A DNA stretch of 64,000 bases from Candidatus Peribacteria bacterium (lineage in GTDB: Bacteria; Patescibacteriota; Gracilibacteria; Peribacterales; Peribacteraceae): NCBI GenBank assembly GCA_041691135.1, contig JBEPVF010000001.1, positions 128,001 through 192,000 of the forward strand, given 5' to 3'. The position numbers and the translations under genes were made by a program. This document shows, piece after piece, positions 57,963 to 64,000 of the stretch. The stretch's first letter is position 1. Every line of letters starts with the position of its first letter. The notes under the pieces are model-generated. The model was not told the origin of the DNA. It was given only the letters and a program-made list of their open reading frames with translations, and ran no database searches.

Positions 57963-58048
57963 ACCGGGGAAAAACTGGTCAAAAATTGAAATAGCTTGCT
58001 CTTAAAGCTGGTATTCCTTACACTTCGCGGGCCTTTTTACACATTCTT

Positions 58049-58360
58049 ATGTTTGCAATCGTCGATATCGCCGGAAGCCAGGAGAAAGTTTCGGTCGGAG
58101 ACACGCTGCAGGTTCCTCTACATGACGTAGAAGCCGGCAAGAAAGTGCTCTTCGAAAAAGTACTGCTTATTTCCGACGGCGACAAAGTCACCTTCGGTGC
58201 ACCGATTATCGGTGGTGCGACAGTAGAGGCGAAGATTGTGGACCATGGCCGCGGAGACAAAATTCGTGTCGTCAAAACCATGCGTCGCAAGCGCTACAAG
58301 CGCGTCAAAGGTCATCGTCAGGACTATACGACGATCGAAGTGACGGGCATCAAAGCGTAG
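58049..58360 (+). CDS. rplU: 50S ribosomal protein L21
   Basis: MFAIVDIAGSQEKV, KRVKGHRQDYT. Confidence 0.96.
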   Translation: MFAIVDIAGSQEKVSVGDTLQVPLHDVEAGKKVLFEKVLLISDGDKVTFGAPIIGGATVEAKIVDHGRGDKIRVVKTMRRKRYKRVKGHRQDYTTIEVTGIKA

Positions 58361-58412
58361 TGAATTGAGAATGTTGGAAGCAGTTTTTTCAGTTGAGCGA
58401 TTTTTATAATTC

Positions 58413-59546
58413 TTAATTTTCAATTTCGTCGTTGTCCATCCGCGATCGCAAGTTTTGGATCGCCCTAAGAGTTACCCCCATGTTCTGCATACAGGCGATT
58501 GTTTCGCCATAGCGTTCGCCCGTGTGGAGCAGGTAACGCAAATAGCTGCGCGTGTGGCGCCGGCTGAGCGGAGAAGGGGAGTCTGGATCGATAGGCGAGT
58601 GGTCATGTGCGAATGTCGCATTAGGAATACGAATCGTCTCACCGTTCGAGAGAAACACATTGCCATGTCTGGCTTCGCGCATCGGCAGGACGCAATCGAA
58701 CATATCAATTCCACGCTTGATGGCTTCGGTCATTTGATCAATACGACCAACACCCATCAAGTACCGAGCATGATCCTTTGGCAAAAGCGGAAGAACAATA
58801 TCGAGTACATCAAACATTTCGGCCGGCGTTTCACCAACAGCCAAACCCCCAATGGCATAGCCATCGAAGCCGATCGCAATTAATTCTTCGGCGCACTTTT
58901 TTCGCAGATCCGCCTCCAGGCCGCCCTGCACGATGCCGAAGAGTAGGGGCTCACATATCTTCTGCGTCGTCTGAGTCCCTTGCCTCGCCGAAGCCCGCAG
59001 GCGGAGGCGGGTCTGAATCTTGAGCCGCTCATGTTCTAGCTTGCATCTTTTCGCCCACCTAAGTGTGCGATCCACCGCATCTAGAATTTCACTCCGCTTC
59101 GCCGTGGATGGCGGACAGTGATCGAAACACATAATGATGTCGGCGCCGAGCTTATGTTGAATTTGCATCGCTTCCTCGGGTCCGATGAAGTGCAAGTCGC
59201 CATTGAGATGCGATTGGAATTCCACGCCATCATCGCTGATCTTGCTGATGCCGCGAAGCGAGAACACTTGATATCCGCCGGAATCGGTCAGAATCGGTTT
59301 GTCCCATCCGGCAAATCCATGGAGCCCGCCGGCCTCTTCGATCAAATCCTCGCCGGGGCGCAGGTGCAGGTGATACGTATTGCACAAAAGAATCTGAGCA
59401 CCCAGTTCCTCCAATTCCCGCAGCGAAATGCCGCGCATCGCTGCTCCCGTGCCGACCGGCATGAAGAACGGCGTCTCGATTGTGCCGTGAGAAGTATTGA
59501 GGCGGCCACAGCGGCCAAGAGGGGTTTCTGTAAGTAGTTCGAACAT
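58413..59546 (-). CDS. tgt: tRNA-guanine transglycosylase
   Basis: TPFFMPVGT, NTYHLHLRPG, TDSGGYQV, FGIVQGG, YLMGVG, DMFDCV. Confidence 0.96.
   Translation of the reverse strand: MFELLTETPLGRCGRLNTSHGTIETPFFMPVGTGAAMRGISLRELEELGAQILLCNTYHLHLRPGEDLIEEAGGLHGFAGWDKPILTDSGGYQVFSLRGISKISDDGVEFQSHLNGDLHFIGPEEAMQIQHKLGADIIMCFDHCPPSTAKRSEILDAVDRTLRWAKRCKLEHERLKIQTRLRLRASARQGTQTTQKICEPLLFGIVQGGLEADLRKKCAEELIAIGFDGYAIGGLAVGETPAEMFDVLDIVLPLLPKDHARYLMGVGRIDQMTEAIKRGIDMFDCVLPMREARHGNVFLSNGETIRIPNATFAHDHSPIDPDSPSPLSRRHTRSYLRYLLHTGERYGETIACMQNMGVTLRAIQNLRSRMDNDEIEN
58969..59016. repeat. in-frame palindromic insertion within tgt
   Basis: CCTTGCCTCGCCGAAGCCCGCAGGCGGAGGCGGG flanked by GTCTGA direct repeats 42 bp apart. 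Confidence 0.65.
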
Positions 59547-59647
59547 GGCGACAAGAATGAGGTGTTACCGCGAAGGATTCAAGGGAAAGAAAAAAGAGAT
59601 CACCTGATCTCCTTAATGTCTTACATTAATGTTTTAAATTGCTCGAA

Positions 59648-60295
59648 TTACTGCTTTTGAGTCGAAATGATCCTATCGATCAATCCGTACGCCAATGCCT
59701 CATCGGCCATCATGAATTTATCACGTTCGGTATCCTGCTTTACCTTCTCGACCTTCTGACCGGTGTGCTTGGCGATCATCTCGTTGAGCAGATCTTTGGT
59801 CTTGATGATGTGTTCCGCATGGATGGCGATATCCGTCGCCTGACCTTCGGTTCCGCCCAGCGGCTGGTGAATCATGATCTCGGAATGCGGAAGAGCGAAA
59901 CGCTTTCCCTTCGCACCGCCGAGCAAGATGATGGCTCCGCCGGACGCGGCCATGCCCAGACACACAGTCGACACATCTGGCTGTATAAGCTGCATCGTAT
60001 CGTACATCGCAAGCGTAGAGGTGACCTGACCGCCCGGCGAGTTCACATAGAGGGTGATGTCTTTCTTCGCATCTTCTTTTTCCAAGAAGAGGAATTGCGC
60101 GATGATCGAGTTGGCGACATCGTCGTTGATCGCCGTGCCGAGGAAAATAATGCGCTCCTCGAGTAGTCGTGAGTAGATGTCGTACACGCGCTCACCGAAT
60201 TGCGTTTTTTCGATCACCGTCGGGATGATAAAGTTCTGCGGTGTGATGTATCCGCGGGAAATATTCTTGGCAATGGATTGAATGGCTGGATGCAT
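59648..60295 (-). CDS. clpP: ATP-dependent Clp protease proteolytic subunit
   Basis: [33 protein letters not shown]. Confidence 0.97.
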   Translation of the reverse strand: MHPAIQSIAKNISRGYITPQNFIIPTVIEKTQFGERVYDIYSRLLEERIIFLGTAINDDVANSIIAQFLFLEKEDAKKDITLYVNSPGGQVTSTLAMYDTMQLIQPDVSTVCLGMAASGGAIILLGGAKGKRFALPHSEIMIHQPLGGTEGQATDIAIHAEHIIKTKDLLNEMIAKHTGQKVEKVKQDTERDKFMMADEALAYGLIDRIISTQKQ

Positions 60296-60299
60296 GGGA

Positions 60300-60367
60300 G
60301 AGAAATGTAGAATGTAGAATGAAAATGTATAATAGTGTCTATCACCTTCATTATACCGTTTTCTGCC
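60300..60367. repeat. heptamer repeat tract
   Basis: GAGAAAT-GTAGAAT-GTAGAAT-GAAAAT-GTATAAT followed by a degenerate inverse run. Confidence 0.55.
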
Positions 60368-60405
60368 CTCACTCGTTAGTCGCTTTGCTCCTCTAAAATG
60401 AATTT

Positions 60406-61413
60406 ATGAAACGAAATCGATCATCAGTGAAGGGTATAAGTAAAGACAACTTAACAATTGAGCTGCAGGACTGGCGCATCCTCGTGCGCGATCACGTATT
60501 GAAGGCAAAGAAGCCGCTGATCGTCGTTCTGGGTCCTACTGCCGGCGGCAAGACAAATTTTTCGATAGAAGTTGCGCGCTACATCGATAGAGAACTGAAG
60601 GAAAACTTTGCCGAGTGGCACAGTGGCGCCGAGATCATCAACGCCGATTCGCGGCAACTGTACCGCGGTATGGATATCGGCACGGCGAAAATCCGCGAAA
60701 TGGAGATGGATAAAATTCCGCACCATCTGATCGACGTATTGGATCCTCAAGAAAATCTGACCATGGCCTGGTACAAAGAGCGAGCGGAAAAGTGCATCGA
60801 AGAAATTCTGACGCGCGGAAATATTCCCATCCTCGTCGGCGGATCGATGCTCTACATCAGCAGTATTATCGATAACCTGCAGCCGCTCCCGCCCACCGAT
60901 CCGGCGCTGCGGCGATCAATCGAAGAGGAATACGAACGAGATGGGGGATTGATGCTCCACCAACAACTGACCGAGATGGATCCGGATACCGCCAATACAT
61001 TTCATCATCACAATAAACCGTACGTTGTCCGCGCCACCGAACTCGCGCGAACGACGAATGAAAAACCGTCGGCCTTAAAGAAGAGAGGAGAGTCGCCCTT
61101 CGATCTCCTCATCTTCGGCCTGCATGTAGCCAAATCCGAATTAGACCGCCGCATCGACGAGCGCGCTAAAGCTATGCTGGAAGAAGGATGGATCGGCGAA
61201 GTGGAGCATTTGCTAGATCAGGGGGTCCTGCCGAATGAGCCGGGAATGAAGAGCACCGGTTACCAGGAAATCGCAGGCTGGCTCATGAATCCGGAATCCA
61301 TGGATCGCGACGAGCTCACCGAAATTATCGCTCGAAAAACAAGGCAGTACGCCAAGCGGCAACTGACCTGGTGGCGAAGCGATACAAGAATCCATTGGCT
61401 GGATCTCTCGTAA
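60406..61413 (+). CDS. miaA: tRNA dimethylallyltransferase
   Basis: GPTAGGKT, INADSRQLYRGMDIGTAK, VGGSMLY, TRQYAKRQLTW. Confidence 0.96.
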   Translation: MKRNRSSVKGISKDNLTIELQDWRILVRDHVLKAKKPLIVVLGPTAGGKTNFSIEVARYIDRELKENFAEWHSGAEIINADSRQLYRGMDIGTAKIREMEMDKIPHHLIDVLDPQENLTMAWYKERAEKCIEEILTRGNIPILVGGSMLYISSIIDNLQPLPPTDPALRRSIEEEYERDGGLMLHQQLTEMDPDTANTFHHHNKPYVVRATELARTTNEKPSALKKRGESPFDLLIFGLHVAKSELDRRIDERAKAMLEEGWIGEVEHLLDQGVLPNEPGMKSTGYQEIAGWLMNPESMDRDELTEIIARKTRQYAKRQLTWWRSDTRIHWLDLS

Positions 61414-61457
61414 AAATAACAACCGCGCCACTACATGGCGTTCTCCAAAAAAAGCTT

Positions 61458-61844
61458 TCAAATTTTGAACACCTCTCCATAGTCTTTCTCCACTCGCTCC
61501 TTCATCTGCCACAGATGTTCGATCATCGTTTCGAGTTGCGGACTGCTGTTGGGCGTCTGCGTCGATTTGTAGAACTCAATGATGTGGCGGGCCTGATCCA
61601 CGACATTCGGGAGAGCCTTGTCGACATTCGATTTATCAGTCTCCTTTAAATCGTAATAGAGCTGCGTCACGAATGACTCGGGATGAATCAGATTGATTTC
61701 ACCCACATCGGCAAGCTGCACGATCTTCAACATGAATTCTTCGTGCTCTTTCTTCATTTTTCCACCGATCGCCTGGCCGGCTTTCTTCTGGTCTTCTTCG
61801 GGAAGATCGCTGTGTTGCTCGGCGAGGGAAATGAGATCAGCCAT
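61458..61844 (-). CDS. conserved hypothetical protein
   Basis: 128-aa helical ORF; TATAGT 8 nt upstream. Confidence 0.75.
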   Translation of the reverse strand: MADLISLAEQHSDLPEEDQKKAGQAIGGKMKKEHEEFMLKIVQLADVGEINLIHPESFVTQLYYDLKETDKSNVDKALPNVVDQARHIIEFYKSTQTPNSSPQLETMIEHLWQMKERVEKDYGEVFKI

Positions 61845-61930
61845 TGAAAAAGACTATACGCTGGTTGGCAAAAGATGACTAGTCGCTTGTTTGGTTGCAT
61901 CAATTGGCTTCATACCCTCACACTGCACGT

Positions 61931-63955
61931 ATGCGTCTCGATGCCTTGCTGACGGCCAAGCTCCTGCATACCACTCAGCCGTACATTGATGCGCTGAACA
62001 AAATGGAAATTGAAACAATCGAAGATTTACTGCTCTACCTGCCGCGAGCGCATGAGGATCTGAGTCAGATGCAAACGATCGCCACCGCACCGCTCGATAC
62101 TAAAATCACGCTCCGCGGTTCGGTTGATGGATTGAAATTGGTCCGGACAAAACACGGCAAGCAACTGGTCACCGGCACCTTCATCGATGCCGACGGCGAT
62201 ATGTGCGATGTGATCTGGTTCAATCAGCCGCATATTCTGCGCATGTTGAAGGACAACGACGAAGTGGTGCTGACCGGCAAATTGGTCGAGAACAATTACA
62301 AGTTGCAACTGCAGAGCCCGCAATTCGAAAAGAATGGCACACGGCCGCTGGTGCACGCCGGCCGTCTGGTTCCCATCTATCCTCAGCACGAGCAGATCAA
62401 CACCAAGTGGCTGCGGGAAAAGATCGTATTGATCAAAGATGCCATCCAAAATATTCACGAGACGCTGCCGGAGGAGGTTGTGACGAGTGAACATTTGATG
62501 CTGCGTGCCGATGCCATCCGGTCGCTCCACTTTCCCGAGAAGCCCGAGGAGGTGCAGCAGGCATTGGAGCGAATGGAATTCGAACAGATGTACGAGATGC
62601 AACGCCAGGCATTGGAACGTAAACGTGATTGGCAGGGTAAGGGGCAGGCACGACTGCGCACGACGATGGACGTCGAACTCATCCGTCAGTTCTTCACGTC
62701 GCTCAAATTCACACCGACCGACAGCCAACGCATCGCGATCTACGAAATCCTGCGCGACATGGAAAAAGAAACATCGATGTCACGACTGCTGGAAGGGGAT
62801 GTGGGATCCGGCAAAACGCTGGTAGCCGTGGCCATCATCGCCAATACCATTCGCAGCGGCGGGCAATCGGCGCTGATGGTGCCCACCGAAGTGCTGGCGC
62901 GCCAGCACGCCGCCAGCATCACACGCTTGCTCGTGAACTTTCATGCGTTTCTGCAGCACAATACCGATCATCAGCTTACCGATTTTCCGTTGCCGACCGT
63001 GGCATTGCTCACCGGCTCTACTCCGCGTTCCGAGGCGAATGAGATCAAACAGCGACTGGCAACCGGTACCATCGATGTCATTATCGGCACGCACGCATTG
63101 ATCGAAGATACCGTGCAGTTCAAAGATCTTCGTCTGGTGATCATCGACGAACAACATCGGTTCGGCGTCCTCCAGCGCCAACGTCTGCGAGAGAAGGGGA
63201 GTCCACATGTACTCTCGATGACAGCCACGCCGATTCCGCGCACGCTCGCTCTTACCGCGTTCGGCGATCATGATTTATCGGTTCTACTGGAGAAACCCGG
63301 TCGTCGTCAGAAAATCGATACCAAAGTCGTTGCCCCGCAAGACCGAAAGACGGTAGAGCATTTTATCGATCAGCAGATTCAGACGGGCAGACAAGTGTTC
63401 GTCATCTGCCCGCTCATCACCGAGAGCGAGGAACTGGATGAAGTGCGCAACGTAGAGCAGGAAGTGGCGCGCCTGCGCGAGGCATTTCCACATCGAACGA
63501 TTACCATGCTGCACGGCCGCATGAAGTCGGACGAAAAGCAGTCGATTATGCAGGGATTCCGCGACAAGCAATCGGACGTTCTCGTGTCGACGTCCGTCAT
63601 CGAAGTCGGCATCGATATTCCCAACGCCACGATCATCATCATCGAAGGTGCCGAGCGTTTCGGTCTGTCGCAATTACATCAGCTGCGCGGACGAGTCGGA
63701 AGAGGTGATGACAAGAGTTACTGCTTCCTTTTCACCAGCGCCCCGAACATGGCCCACTCTCCGCGCCTCAAAGCGATGGAGCAACATGATTCCGGCTTCC
63801 AGCTGGCCGAAATCGACCTTAAGCTCCGCGGTCCCGGCGAACTCTACGGCATCCGACAGAGCGGTATCCCGGATCTTCGCATCGGCACATTGATGAATCC
63901 GGAATTGATCGTGCGAGCAAGACGGGCGGCGGAAAAATTTGTATTCGGAAGTTGA
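61931..63955 (+). CDS. recG: ATP-dependent DNA helicase RecG
   Basis: GDVGSGKT, PTEVLA, DEQHRFG, TATPIPR, LHQLRGRVGRG, DLKLRGPGE. Confidence 0.97.
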   Translation: MRLDALLTAKLLHTTQPYIDALNKMEIETIEDLLLYLPRAHEDLSQMQTIATAPLDTKITLRGSVDGLKLVRTKHGKQLVTGTFIDADGDMCDVIWFNQPHILRMLKDNDEVVLTGKLVENNYKLQLQSPQFEKNGTRPLVHAGRLVPIYPQHEQINTKWLREKIVLIKDAIQNIHETLPEEVVTSEHLMLRADAIRSLHFPEKPEEVQQALERMEFEQMYEMQRQALERKRDWQGKGQARLRTTMDVELIRQFFTSLKFTPTDSQRIAIYEILRDMEKETSMSRLLEGDVGSGKTLVAVAIIANTIRSGGQSALMVPTEVLARQHAASITRLLVNFHAFLQHNTDHQLTDFPLPTVALLTGSTPRSEANEIKQRLATGTIDVIIGTHALIEDTVQFKDLRLVIIDEQHRFGVLQRQRLREKGSPHVLSMTATPIPRTLALTAFGDHDLSVLLEKPGRRQKIDTKVVAPQDRKTVEHFIDQQIQTGRQVFVICPLITESEELDEVRNVEQEVARLREAFPHRTITMLHGRMKSDEKQSIMQGFRDKQSDVLVSTSVIEVGIDIPNATIIIIEGAERFGLSQLHQLRGRVGRGDDKSYCFLFTSAPNMAHSPRLKAMEQHDSGFQLAEIDLKLRGPGELYGIRQSGIPDLRIGTLMNPELIVRARRAAEKFVFGS

Positions 63956-64000
63956 ACGAAGATTGAGGCGAAGTAATTATAAAGATTGCTCTATGAGCAT

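Noticed and set aside
62958-63000. TACCGA/TGCCGA recurrences in a RecG loop as another in-frame repeat insertion
   Set aside because: Spacing is irregular (15 and 14 bp), with no palindrome or clear flanking duplication; too weak to call.

Overview
A gene-dense 64-kb chromosomal segment read in standard code 11 (TGA is used as stop). Gene content suggests a Candidate Phyla Radiation bacterium, most like Peregrinibacteria/Peribacteria; this is an inference from scattered single housekeeping genes, giant DUF11 and SLH surface proteins, and purQ/purL/pdxST. Housekeeping genes: rsmH, ftsL-like, pyk, pyrH, frr, purQ, priA, a DEAD-box helicase, pdxS/T, lepA, rpmA, ftsB-like, murC, purL, murJ, nusG, secE, lepB, pth, rplU, tgt, clpP, miaA and recG. 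It also carries four tRNAs (Arg-TCT, Pro-TGG, fMet-CAT, Gln-TTG), several surface proteins, a PadR-PspC/DUF2807 module, a PAS kinase-receiver pair and lineage-specific hypotheticals. I saw no CRISPR array, rRNA, prophage or transposase. The least explained signals are mostly non-coding: (1) a shared inverted-repeat trailer fused to the CCA end of tRNA-Pro and tRNA-Gln, with a GIY-YIG nuclease next to the Pro copy; (2) two orphan structured RNAs with their own promoter and terminator; (3) a -10 box exactly 6 nt before the start codon of at least 16 genes (leaderless mRNAs), with CU-rich non-SD leaders elsewhere and an atypical initiator tRNA; (4) heptamer/nonamer inverted repeat elements at strand-switch junctions; (5) a 42-bp palindromic insertion in frame within tgt; (6) a PurQ with a probable tandem PurS-like tail; (7) two small membrane-protein genes missed by the ORF track.
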